A stretch of DNA of 63,677 bases, filler included, from Choristocarpus tenellus KU-1152 (GCA_964200185.2; 12 parts of 12 records of this genome joined end to end with filler, not necessarily neighbours in it); one strand, 5' to 3'; positions 51,001-63,289 are shown, numbered from the whole stretch's first letter. Program-made: numbers and translations. Notes: a model not told the origin generated them from the letters alone.

Positions 51001-54000
51001 GTAAACTTTTTGTCCTCCAATCTAAGTCGAAGTTCCGTGTATAGCGTTATCAGAGAGGGTGGAGTGTTAGCTTGCATTAGTGAAGAACTGATTTCTCTTT
51101 AATGTAATTCACTGAGTTACGTGCATTGAGTATTTGAATGTTGATTATGAAACTGTTGGAAACGATTCCAAACACCGCCTCGGTACCGAAGACACCTCCC
51201 ACCATCATCACCAACCCTCTACTTCAGCGCCTGGAATACATAACAGAGAAATAACATCGACACACTCATGTGCTTTATAGTAAACAGCTGGCCTCAACAG
51301 ACAACACATCCTCCTCCTCCCTCCCCCTGAGATGCAAGGATAAAGTAGGAAAAAAGAAAAAAGAAATGACAATAAATGCATCGTAGGATGATTCCATCAC
51401 ATCAACAACATCCAACAGCAACCAAGGAACACAAAACAGACCATCCACACTTCACACAAACATACACACCCACATATGAACACATCATGGTACATACACA
51501 CAACCATGGTGCACCCTCATCTCAAGTCAAACAAGGCCTCAATATTTCCATTAAAATCTACCCCTATATAGGCACACTCTTTACGACTAGGGGCTCGTCA
51601 AGCATACGCTTGTCTGGCTCCAATCAGGTGAGAGCTGCGCCAGACACAAGGCCCGACTTGACAGTCTGCCGCCCCATGCCCGACTTGAGGAAGCAATTCC
51701 CTGAGACGTAGTCAAAGGTGAAATGTGTGCACTTCTTCACCTCTCTTTGGCATATTTCACAACAAGTGAGATGATTCACTGTGTTTCCGACCTTGCCACA
51801 CAAACAGGAAGTATTTGTTTTCCGGAGGAAGGGAAGGAAGGGGGAGTTAGACGTCTAGTTACACAGAGGAAGGTCAAATTTATTCAAATGTGGATGGTAG
51901 ACACTTGCACGTGCTTGTCAAGGAGCAATATACCATACAGAAGCAACAAGGCCTGTTCGTTGGGTGACATTGGTCAAGGACACACATACCACATAGCTCA
52001 TCCCTAGAGTGTACACAGACAGTGGCATGCCAGGCATGCCCACTGCTAGTTTGGTTAGTTTGTGTTGTGATTTGACTGTTTCACAGAGACTAAAGCACGG
52101 CTAACAATGGAGGGCATACAAAAGAGAAGACCGGTTTGGAAGGTATCAAAATTGTTAATCACACACACTATTGCGACCACTCCTTGTGTGCCAACACACC
52201 TTAAGATCAAACCCGAAAAAATCTACCTCGCGCTTAAGGCCAGTGCACTTCTCTGTGTCAGCAACAACATCCGGCACCTGAGCAAGGAGTTCAAGGGTGG
52301 TATACACAATATAGGTCATGATGAGAAATAATGCTGCTGTGCATCACGGCCCTGATGACAAACTCTCCTCAAATGTCCATCCATATAATACAGTCGGGGA
52401 TAATGATCAAATCAGCACAAGACTTCACTGAAATGATGCCTTTGCATGTTGAAAAGGACCCAAAGTATCTGGGAGGGGGGGGGGATCTATANNNNNNNNN
52501 NNNNNNNNNNNNNNNNNNNNNNNNNNNNNNNNNNNTTAATTAATTAANNNNNNNNNNNNNNNNNNNNNNNNNNNNNNNNNNNNNNNNNNNNTCACTCGGT
52601 ACCACGGTATAACGGTATATGGCATACGAGCAATACAGTATAATAACAGACAAACATGCTTTCCACAATTATATTATTAGAAAGATTCTCCACTGGAATC
52701 GGAGATTCCTGACAAGGAAACCTCAATCGGTATAAAACGGTTATTGTAACAATTATTGGTGGCTAAAAAAGAGTTGTGATTTACAGTGGACCGACAGGGG
52801 TAGGTGAGGCCGTTCAACAGAGAGTGCTGAATATTCAAATAATTGTAGGATGTTCAGAAAACATTTTCAAATAAAGAATTTTGAGAGAGGGAAATCTAAA
52901 AGTGTTCGAAATGGAGAAGTCAACAAAATAACACAATGCGATTCCAAGTAAAATTCAATACAAAGATTCTCAACACTAAATTTTGGGGGAAAATGAAATT
53001 CACTATGGGAAAGTTAGTTTTATCTATCTCCCCATTTTCTGTCCATAATAGTGTTTTTCATTACCAGATCCTATGAAATTTCTCATTTCTAGTTGGAAAC
53101 TGTAATGAAAAGCATTATGACCTCGGTAAGTCCCTCGGGGCAACACTCAAAGGTTTGATGATCTCATAGAAGAATTATCCAATCGAAGCGACCAATTCCC
53201 ATTTGTTTCAGCCAACCAAAATGCCACAAAAGCTGCATTGTACAAGGACAAGACTCACAATGGTTTTGGGTACCATGGACGATGCGCGTGATGTTTGCTA
53301 TCATGTCACACCCTTTCGCTGCCTTAGCGGAAACCCCGATCGTTAGGCAGGAACTAGGACTACCTCGCCAGAACAGGACGTCCATGCACTATGAGGTATC
53401 AAGCCAAACTTCACTGCCACACCAAGAGGTTGTCAACAATATATTGGTAACCCTCGCACTGATGCTTCAACCTGTTTTAACCCAGAACTCCTCGCCCACT
53501 GTCTGTGCTGCCGTAAACAAACAACCTGCTTCAGTTCCTGCAAAATATGGACCTCGTTCATTCCAAAAAGCAATGCATCAAAACCCGTTCGACCAGTCAC
53601 ATCCGTTCCCCAGCCTGTACTTCGATCCTCACTTACTTTAGCCACAGAGAGGGCAAGCAATAGAAGTCGACACCATTCGGGCAAAGACCTACCTCCATCG
53701 CTCAATCCACTGAGGAATGTCCAGGGAAGGGTCGAAATAGATGGAAGCTAACACAGTCTACGGCAGACTGCTCTTTCGTCACAGGGCGCCCACTAACCGT
53801 GCTGAAGATAGCTTGAATTCAACCGTCACCTTCGGGTGGCGTTTCTTGTTTTTTGCATTTTTTCTTTTTGATAGTGAATTTCATTTTGCGCAATCTGACC
53901 TTCGTAGTGGATTTTCCCATCGCCGTTATACAAATTTGGATAATGAATTTCATGTTGTACAAGCATGCTACTACTACTACGATCTTTATTGTGAGATATA

Positions 54001-54444
54001 GAACCGGTCATGTTTACATCACATTTTTGAACGTGACCATTTCTTTTCATTCATCTAATATCTTTTAATTGCTTGAACGCGTGCACATCACCATTCAGCT
54101 GCATTTTGAGAAAAGAATCCAAGCGAATGACGAAAAGAGGCGGGAAGCGGCAATGGCGTTTCTGGAATGTTGGTGATGTGTGGGGAAGTGAATAAACCAT
54201 TTTTTTTTTTTTAACATGTATATACGTGTTGGCTTATTTCCATCTGTTTCACAATACCATCATTTTTTTGTTTTTTAAGAAAAACCTTAACCCCAAAGCA
54301 ATGATCGTCACCAGTTCAAGGTCGATATTTCCTCGACATGAGAAATCTTGGCTTTACATCCATTTTAACTATAGAAAAATAGATATGCAATATAGGGCGT
54401 GTAACAATAAGAGAGGTTGACATAAGAAAAAATGGAAAATGAGC

Positions 54445-54777
54445 GGGTAAATTGCCTTGTCACAAATTTTCAGGCTAGAAGAGAGATTTTGGCGTTTTCC
54501 TGCCAATTTTCCCTTATATCGAGCAAACTTGCATTTTTTTTCACTCCTTGACAGACAACTTTCCCAAAAAGCTCTGTATAAAGTTAAGTAATATACAGTT
54601 GGTGCACCTTTGTAAGAGAGGTAGATTTAAGAGCAAACGGATAAAGAGAGGGTAAATTGCCTTTTCACAAATTTTCAAGCTATAAGAGAAGTTTCGCCGT
54701 TTTCCTGCAAACTTGTATTTTTTTTTACTACTTGACAGAAGTCTTCATCAAAAAGCCATCTCTAAAGTTAAAATATA
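54445..54777. repeat. Imperfect direct repeat (two ~130-150 bp units)
   Basis: gggtaaattgcctt(g/t)tcacaaattttca(g/a)gcta...cttgacaga...aaagttaa at 54445-54592 and 54650-54777. Confidence 0.75.
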
Positions 54778-54904
54778 TCGGAGGTACAAACCTGCTCGAC
54801 ACCACCACTGCACAGCATAGCAGTATTTTGTCTCTCAGTACTACACAGTACAAGGCATACAATCTATCACATCAACTCTAGATGTATGTTTTGTACAGGT
54901 ATAT

Positions 54905-56000
54905 ATGTCCTGCGCAGTGGGATCCAGCTGCAACATAAAGGGTAATACTCCTCGTCCACCACACTATGCATGCCAGAAGTGTCGCATTTGTAGCGGCTAT
55001 CTTCATGGCATTTGCAGCGTCATGGATCCTTTTGGGGTCAGTGAAATGAAACTCGTGTGCAAATTGTGGGTGAGCCCCAACAAGCGCAGGGTTTCGAGTC
55101 CTCCAGCCTGTAAAAATACAGCATTGAAGCGCCACGATAACATCAATAAGGGTAGCGGGAAGGTGCTGCCAAATAAATATACAGAAAAAGACACGACCTA
55201 CAAGCCTCGCGGTGCCAACAATTGCAAACGCTTGGGCTTTGCAGAGAAGGTGGAAGCGTTGACACTCCTGAAGACCATGACGGGAACTGCGGTTGTTCAA
55301 AAGTTTGTAATCGGAGACAGCACCCTCTACAAGTTGAAGATGGAGGCAACAACATCATGGAGAAAGCTCAGACGCTGAAGCCTGACACCAAGTCTATGTA
55401 GGGTGCCAAACATGTTGAGGTGCGTCAGAGCATGGATTGAAAGTCTGAAAAGCAGGGCGATTGTGATAATGATTGAATTGTCTTCAATGTCTGCTGATGA
55501 GGATCATGATTGAATTTTTGGAAATTTTGCAAGCGTTTCTGTCGTACTGTAATGTCTGTAATGTGTACTGTAGTATGACGGGTGGCCTTTTTGATCATAG
55601 AGGTACGTCCCACAAGGTGTCCCCATATATTAACAAGGATCTCTCTGATACTCTTGACGTTCCGCACCTCAGACCCGACGGAAAACCATCTCAGACTTCC
55701 ACCGACGCAGTGAGAGCATGGATTGGTGTGGAAGACAATGATGAAGTGGCCAATGTGATACTGGAGGACATGAAAGACCAGCTGCTCAAAGAGTCCTTGT
55801 ATCAGTCAGACAACAAAAGCTCGGGTGATGAGGATGACAATGAGTTTATGGGAGGGGGCAGCGCATCCGGCTCTTGAGGAAAGGAGCAGCCTCTTCAGTG
55901 TTCTCAATTCCTCCACCGTCATACTCTCAAGTAGCTGACGAATTTGCAAGCATAGAAACAACCGCCAAAGAGTGCAGCATGTGTTGAACTATCCCACACT
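54905..56000 (+). mobile_element. Degenerate pogo/Tigger-like transposase: Cys/His Zn-finger N-terminus, CENP-B/psq-type HTH, acidic tail; stops and frameshifts present
   Basis: CRICSGYLHGIC...VC, then KRLGFAEKVEALTLLKTMTGTAVVQKFVIGDSTLYKLK (HTH_psq/CENP-B N pattern), then an acidic DEDDNE segment. No DDE core seen. Confidence 0.55.
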
Positions 56001-57211
56001 GAACCCGCGGCTTTTAGATGGTGCTTTAATGAAGGACAAAGAACAGCTTGGTATNNNNNNNNNNNNNNNNNNNNNNNNNNNNNNNNNNNNNNNNNNNNTT
56101 AATTAATTAANNNNNNNNNNNNNNNNNNNNNNNNNNNNNNNNNNNNNNNNNNNNCCCCCCACACACACACACAGATACTTTTAGTGATCACTGGGCTCTG
56201 TGGGCAATGTATGCGGTGTGTATTTACGTTATGTGTGAAATTACGATTTGAAAAATACCCCTCAATTTTCCGTTTCAATTTGGTAATGATAAATTGAATA
56301 TAAGATTCACAATACTAACCTTGCTATGATATGCCCCAATTCTAGTTACATCATTATATCAGGTGTGTGTAGCCAGCATTGATTGTAACACTATTGATAC
56401 TAAATAGTAGTAAACCTAACCCCTAAGTACTTTCTCCTCGCAATGAAATGGATATTTTATTTTTTATTTTGCCTGATGGACTGTCGTGTGGGCAGCAATA
56501 GTGATATATATTTTTTTCTATGTAGAACAACCATGTTTGACAGTATCATGTGTGTAGGGTTCTGTAATACTGCACTGAACAAGAGAGATGACGGATGAGA
56601 GTTAGGGTTTGGGTTAGCACACCGTGTTATTATTTTTTTACTTTATTAAAGGAAAGATCATCAGAGTGGTATGGAGGGGATAACTTGTCCACTGCAAATG
56701 AGGTTTCCACTTTGATGTTAGCCTGTTTCACACTTCCTCTGCCCTTGACTATATCAACATAGCATTTTTTGATATTATTCAGTGGTGCACCTAATATCCT
56801 GGTGATTTTTTCTGAAGAGCATATTGAGTACAACTACTGTAGTCAAAAGAACAAGAAATTACACATATTATGTCCTTGTAATTTCCTTCTGCACACAAAT
56901 GGAACCATACATATATATATATATATATATATATAAATAATGCAAGTATACAGTACTGGCAAAATTGATAGAAGTCCCTGTGGATGTGAAAATCTGGCAG
57001 AGTCTGCTACACCTACAAATGAAGAGATTCTACACTGATGCTAGCAAGACTTCAGTTGTTGTTGTGGAACATTTTTGGTACCCTTGCACCTTGCTCTCTG
57101 CCCGATTTTTGGTACCCGATCATTTCGAGAACCCTCGACCTGTCTGTTGTGATACAATATTGCACTTCCAGACTGAACTCCCTCCGAATGCTGTTACCCT
57201 AATATTATCAG

Positions 57212-59108
57212 GCGTTTGTGTCCATTAGCCTGTGCATGGAGGATGCAAATCCACTGGTCCGGCTGCAGAGCCTGAGGGCGGTTACGACCGAAATGAAGAG
57301 TAGTCCCATGGCCCCACTACAGATGGTGGTGCAGGATTATGTGATGCCTTACTTGCCCCTGTCGGTTTGCAGAAAGATGGTTCACGATACCCTGGGGGGA
57401 CACATGGTGGTGAGTGGTGCTTTTAGGAGTTGATATATTGAAAGGGGTGGTGAATATAGAATCAATAGTCAGAAGAATAGTATGCAAAAGAAGCTAAGGA
57501 TGGTATGATGTACGAGGTATATACCGTCAAAGGCATATAGGTATGTGCATACTGGCAACATACATACCTTGTTATTTCATACTGATTCACTGATTCCCAG
57601 ATATCTGGTTAGCGGGAGTCTCCAACTTGTCCTCAAAGTCACTGTGCTGCCAATTTTTAATTGTATATACTTCCTTGCATTCTACCCACTGCAGTGCCAT
57701 ACTGGACGCCCTTTAGGTGCAATTCCCAGATACACGTTTTGAGTCCTTCCCAAGCAGCTTCGTCAAATTGTGTGTATGCCCGCTCCCTTGCCACAAACAT
57801 TAGTGCCCCTCCCATGTAGCCTCTCCTTCACAGACACCCTTGACACCATTTCCACCCAACCATTCTATTCTTTCCACAGACTATCTCCAATGTACCTGGG
57901 CCGCAGCAGCCGGTGCTATTTGCTGGACAGCAATTGAAAAGGTTTCACATGTGCTTTCCAAACATCATGCCCCAGGTGATGCCCTGTGTGCTGCCCCTCT
58001 GCTGACTTTGATGCACTATTTTGGTACGAATGGGTGGCAATGTTGTTAGTGGCTGTTTTAGCTTGTGGAGATGCTCCTGAATTTACAGCTCCAATCAGGT
58101 GCTTCCGTACTGGGCGCTTGAGAATAATACCCCCCTCCCCTCCCCGAACATACGGCACACCTGGGTGGAAATTTTTTCAGAAGCCTGGGTTTTGAGTAGC
58201 TCAAGACATGCACGTTATGAGTTGCTCTAATCTATGGGGTGGTTTGTGTTTCTATGCCTTGCATTATGCAAACATCTTGGTAGTAGTAGTAGTATCACAC
58301 CAGGTATTGTTCACGTATTGTTGTATTGATTGGCTACCCTCGAGTGTATCAGAGATTATCAGGCACTCAACTTGCTCATTGTCAGGAGGGACACACATGG
58401 ATCAGTATATGTGATGTGTACCCTCTCTAATTCAAATTCCAATAGCAGAAAAAGATGAATTCCTGCACCTGAAGAGTCCAGATTTCCGTCCGTTACTTGA
58501 CAATTCTGGACTTCACACCCTGCCCCTGTAGTGTATCAATGGCGGGTTCTAGGAGGGGGGAGGGAGGGAGTGCTTCACAAATTGAGATTAGATTGACGTC
58601 TCTTGTTTGAATGACTCCTTATGTGCTACTGAAGATAGCTGAGGATAAATATTACCTCCTTGTCCTAGCTCAAACCCTAACCCTAACCCAGCAAAGGATA
58701 TTTGCGAATCTTCAAAACATAAGTATATTTGATCGACATGCCCCCCCTTGGCCACACCACAAGTCTGCTACAACAGGCTATTGAGGTTCACTCTTTCTCA
58801 CACCTTTGCTGACTATTCGCCCCCACACACTGTGCATGTGTTCCTTGCCCTGTATCTCTTGTCACAAATCCAAGGTGGGCATTGTAAGCTGTGATGGGGT
58901 TGTGTGTACAAACTTTGTAGTTGACCCTGTTGCAGTAGTTGATAGTCAGACCCTCCCCTTACACTTTGTGGCTGAGCTAAGCGCTTTGTGTGGTGAGCTT
59001 GACCTTGGGTCTGAGAAAGAGCTGCAGTTGCTTGAGGCAGCAGCAAAAGCTTCTACTGAGCTTGCAGTGAAATCTGCAGCCTTGACTGGTGCTCGCCAGA
59101 AGGCTTAG
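57212..59108 (+). CDS. Wax ester synthase/diacylglycerol acyltransferase (WS/DGAT, WSD1-like) C-terminal domain, last three exons
   Basis: Exons 57212-57409, 57880-57975 and 58875-59108: AFVSISL...NPLVRLQSLRAVTTEMKSSP...HMV-TISNVPGPQQPVLFAGQQL...PQ-VGIVSCDGVVCTNFVVDP. SNVPGP is the WS/DGAT C-terminal motif. Confidence 0.85.
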
Positions 59109-60183
59109 AAGGGTTGACTGAAACCGGGGAGGGGGAGGGTGGTGATATGTTGTTGAGTGATTCAATGAGTATGCTGGATACACGGAACCAAGGAGATGGA
59201 GGTTGGTGATCTTTTGTTGAGTGAATGAATGAGTATGCTGAAAGGACTTATGTTGTTTTTGTGTTAGTGTCAATGTCATGTGATGAACGAGTTACACACT
59301 TGGAGGCAACACTAGAATTCTGCTCATCTAAGTAGGCTAGATGAGCACGATTGGTGGAGCATATGTTTCCTGAGTTGATAAGAGAGAATTTTGAATATGA
59401 AGGGAGAGGGTTGATTGACTAGGCTGGTGGTCTTTAGGTGCGAGAGCCATCACAAGGATCAGGGGTAAATATATAGTCAATATCCTGTTCCGTGTAGTTG
59501 ATGGATGGGCTTTTGTCCTTTTTTCAAGCAAGGCCGAGAGGTAGTGTTTAATTGGTGGGTTCTCTATCTGTGACGCACCATATTTTTTTCTTGTGTAGGG
59601 GTCTGTAAGTAGTAGGGAACATGAGTTTACCTGCAATACTTTGCGGTCCTTACTTGACTAGACCCTGCGTTTGTTGAGTGTATGTTGAAGGGGTCATCAT
59701 GTGTGTGTCTGAAGTAGTGCGCGTTTGGCATGTTGTACTACATTTTTTAATATGGTTGGTCATCATAGACATGCATAGAGCTCACCTGTCGTAGTATTGG
59801 AAGATTGAGCAAAAGCGTGCCCATGTATGCTAGCTAATTTGGTGGTGACTGGATACATTTGAACATGAAAGATAAGCAGAAGGTAGCGAAATTTATTACT
59901 ACAAAAGATTCAGTGAATGGAAGGAAAATCGTATGACGGGTTTCTCTAGTCTTTCATTTTCTTTCCAAACCTACTGATAGCAATATGCTGGACATATTTA
60001 TGTCCTGTTGACATTTATGTCCTGTTGATTGAGTCTGCTAATAATGTTTTGTGGGTATTGGAACATGTCCATGCAATGTCCTGTTCATCTTGGCAGAAGA
60101 CGAGAGATGTAAGATTTTCTGCCGCTCACAACAGAGTGGTATTCTAGACATATTAGGTGATATTTACAGTTTTCCAAGGTAAC

Positions 60184-60437
60184 GAGCCAAATCAATTGAG
60201 AGGTAGGCAGGGTTGCATTTTTTGGATACCAAAAAAAGGCGGTAAGACCCCATTTTTTGTACAATTGGAGAAAGAGCCCTTGGTTAATAGTCTTTTGTGT
60301 CTGGAAAGGGGAAGTGTCATCTTTCGGTACACCATTGTACACATAAAGTAATGAAGTAGCGTTTACTGCACAGGGAGGTAAATATGGCTTAGAATGCAGA
60401 AGGGTTCAAACCTGCATACCTCTCAATTGTTAGGCTC
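60184..60437 (+). mobile_element. MITE family A copy
   Basis: TIRs gagccaaatcaattgagaggtaggcagg / cctgcatacctctcaattgttaggctc. Confidence 0.8.
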
Positions 60438-60594
60438 TGAAGGTATGGCAATTTTGCCCCTTTTCGTATGGGACTTGCAAGTAGCTGATGGATGGTTGAT
60501 AGGTGATTACTTAACTCTTTAAAGTTGCTACATGAGCAGTAGTTGGTTGATAGCTTCATTATTCAGCAATGACAAACCATCCAGGGTCTTAACT

Positions 60595-60861
60595 GAGTCA
60601 AACGAGGTGGAAGGTAGGCAGATCGCATTTTAAGGATCCTGAGAAAGGGTAAAAATATGCCATTTTGCACATTTGGAGGAAGAACCTTCTTTGCTGAGTT
60701 TTGGTCTCACTTTGCGTGTGGAGAAAGAAGGGGAATATAAATTTTGCATACTCTATTGTGCGTAAGTAAAGCAATGAAATAGACCGTATTGCACAGGGTA
60801 CAATGGTGGGTTAGAGTACAAAAAGGGTCCATACCTGCCTACCTCTCAATTGGTTTTACTC
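60595..60861 (+). mobile_element. MITE family A copy
   Basis: Ends gagtcaaacgaggtggaaggtaggcag ... cctgcctacctctcaattggttttactc. Confidence 0.75.
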
Positions 60862-62676
60862 TATTAGAACTACCAGACAGGTGGCGGTGATAATTATTGC
60901 TAGTATATTGTCTACTTCATTCAGTGATAGTCGCAGACAAATAAATGCCATTCTATGATCACATTGGAGTGTTAATGAAGGGACTTGTAAGAAAGGAGCA
61001 AGCGCTATGATGCATTTATTATACTTAGGTGTGAACTTCATTTTTTTGTCGATTTGTCTAAGACAATGGGTGGCTGACCGAATCATGCTTCCCGACGTAT
61101 CAATCTGATTTCACTGGCAACAGGCAAGTACGTTGGTAAGATCACAACGCACACATAACAATAGTCAAGAAGCACAACATATAAAATCATCACGCTAATA
61201 ATAATGATATATGAAATCGCCATTAAGACCCATTGCCTGCGTCAAAGTGGTCTCTTGAAGAGATTCTATGGACTCTTTCTCAGTAAAGATCCTCCACTTG
61301 AATCCAGGATTCCTTCCAGGGAACCTCTGATGATATGACGGTATATCGTATTTGTCAATACTGGTTTGACAACAGACAACCCTCCTTCCCAAATCTTGGA
61401 TTATAGATAAGCCCGTCACAGATTTGTAGTATATCCTCATCATAATTATCTCATTCATTGTAGTAAGTATGTGGTCCATTGTAGTAAGTATGTGGTCCAA
61501 TGCCTACAACCTGACATTTTACAGGTAGGTGTCATGGAAGCAGTGAAAAAAAACATGTATGGGAAAGAGTGCAACAAACACGACACAGTATGGAAAGAAG
61601 CAAGAAAACAGATAATAAATTAATGCTTTGTTGGTACATATTTTGGAACAACAGCATGCCTAATGTTTAGTAGCTGTTTTATCTGTAAGAAAAGTGTTCG
61701 TGTTCTTGCATTAAGTGATGTGCAATGTTGCCAAATGGTGTACAAAAGATGATGACACTTTTTGCTGATAAGAACAGTCCTTACCAATGGGCTGTTGTTG
61801 CCTGTTTGCTAGGGAGTACTAAGTCAAGTTTTGTTCTAATGCCACCACCCATTCCATCAAGGGCTCTTTCCCCCTGTCCCCAAAAAAGACTGTTGTAAAT
61901 ATTAGTGTTGCATGGTCCCTAGTGATGACCTGCTTTCTGAAAGCGACTAGAGATAATGGCGGTGGTATAGATCAAGAACTCTCGCACAAATTTTAGAGTT
62001 TTTTTGTGGGACAAGACGCTCTTTGAAGGATTGGTCAGGTGATGGATGGACGGTTAAGACCTACAGCAGGTAGGGTTTCTTATAACCCGACTGAACAAAA
62101 AAGCTGATGATGAATCATAGCGTAACGTGCAATGTATATTACTTTATGCTTGTGTCGCTCAGATAGGTAAGTGAAGTACTCCAAAAACAATGTGATACTT
62201 CGCCTTTTTTGTCTCATCTCTGGATAATTCTCTCATCCCCCCCTGTCTTAGGATTGAACTGATTCAAAGTAAGCAAGAGGTACCCAGAGTTGCATTTTAA
62301 GGATGCTAACAAATATTTCTGGTGGAACTAACTACAACATTATAACTCAGCACATAACTAACAATTGAAATCAACATTATTCGGAGTATGGGAAAAGTAT
62401 ACATGATAACTATATGTAAGGAGACGACATTGAGAAATGTTCCTGGTTGGTGTAGTAAATATCTCTTGGGAGGAAAATGCGAAAAAAAACTGTGTCTAAC
62501 CAAATATCTGGTTCCAAATGTATTACTGATGATTAGTTCCAGGTCAATATAGTGTATTTATTTAACAAACTTCAAGTAGTAGTGGTTTTGGTGTTCCATA
62601 TTATGAGAGGAGTTTCTTTACCTCACAGTTGTCTCCTCCAAAAAAACTCGGTAACTCTCAAGAACGAGACCCCCGT

Positions 62677-62848
62677 CCCTGCTTACGAATCTGGTAAACT
62701 TAATCTTTACGTTCTGCTGTTGTTGGACTACTTGTTGTGGATCGCCACTGATTGCTCGCTTATTTGACCCTGCTTACGAAGTTGGTAAACTAAATATTTG
62801 CGTTCTGGTGTTGAGCTGATGGATCGCCACTTATTTGCTCGCTTATTT
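62677..62848. repeat. Tandem imperfect direct repeat (two ~85-bp units)
   Basis: ccctgcttacgaa...ggtaaact...tggatcgccact...tgctcgcttattt at 62677-62765 and 62768-62848. Confidence 0.8.
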
Positions 62849-63217
62849 AGCCTCCACGCCCTACCACAACCACCTCATGCCGTCAACGTTTTCAGTGAGG
62901 CTGCTTCGGCAACACACACAAGACTGACTACTACCAGACTACACCAACCAGTAACATTACTGTTTATCATCATCCTAGCAGCAGTGGTCATCTTCATGGC
63001 CATTGCGTATTGTTGTAGTTGTTGTGTCAAACCTGCAAAACAATGTGGTGGCGTGGCACGGAGAAGGATTGGCCTTGTACGCTATAGAATATTCTGAGCA
63101 TCGAAACGTGTATACATGCATACACACTTCCGAGCATTTCATCAGGATGTCTGCTCACCTATTAAGTGAACACACTACTCCAACATATAAAAAAAGGTTA
63201 TATTTACGAGGTGGAAA

Positions 63218-63289
63218 AGCTCCCACTGAGAGTCGAACTCAGGACCTGCAGCTTACTAAGCTGACGCTCTACCACTGAGCTATAGGAGC
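63218..63289 (-). tRNA. tRNA-Thr(AGT), intronless, 72 nt
   Basis: GCTCCTA TA GCTC AGTGGTA GAGC G TCAGC TT-AGT-AA GCTGC AGGTC CTGAG TTCGACT CTCAG TGGGAGC T folds as a cloverleaf with one T-C mismatch in the anticodon stem. Followed by T-runs (Pol III terminator). Confidence 0.95.

Noticed and set aside
53164-54050. Possible spliced minus-strand gene
   Set aside because: Several splice-like signals, but no consistent in-phase model or recognisable product could be built.
17591-59108. Lipid/sugar metabolic gene cluster (desaturase, aldolase, WS/DGAT)
   Set aside because: The genes lie on different concatenated contigs, so there is no linkage evidence.
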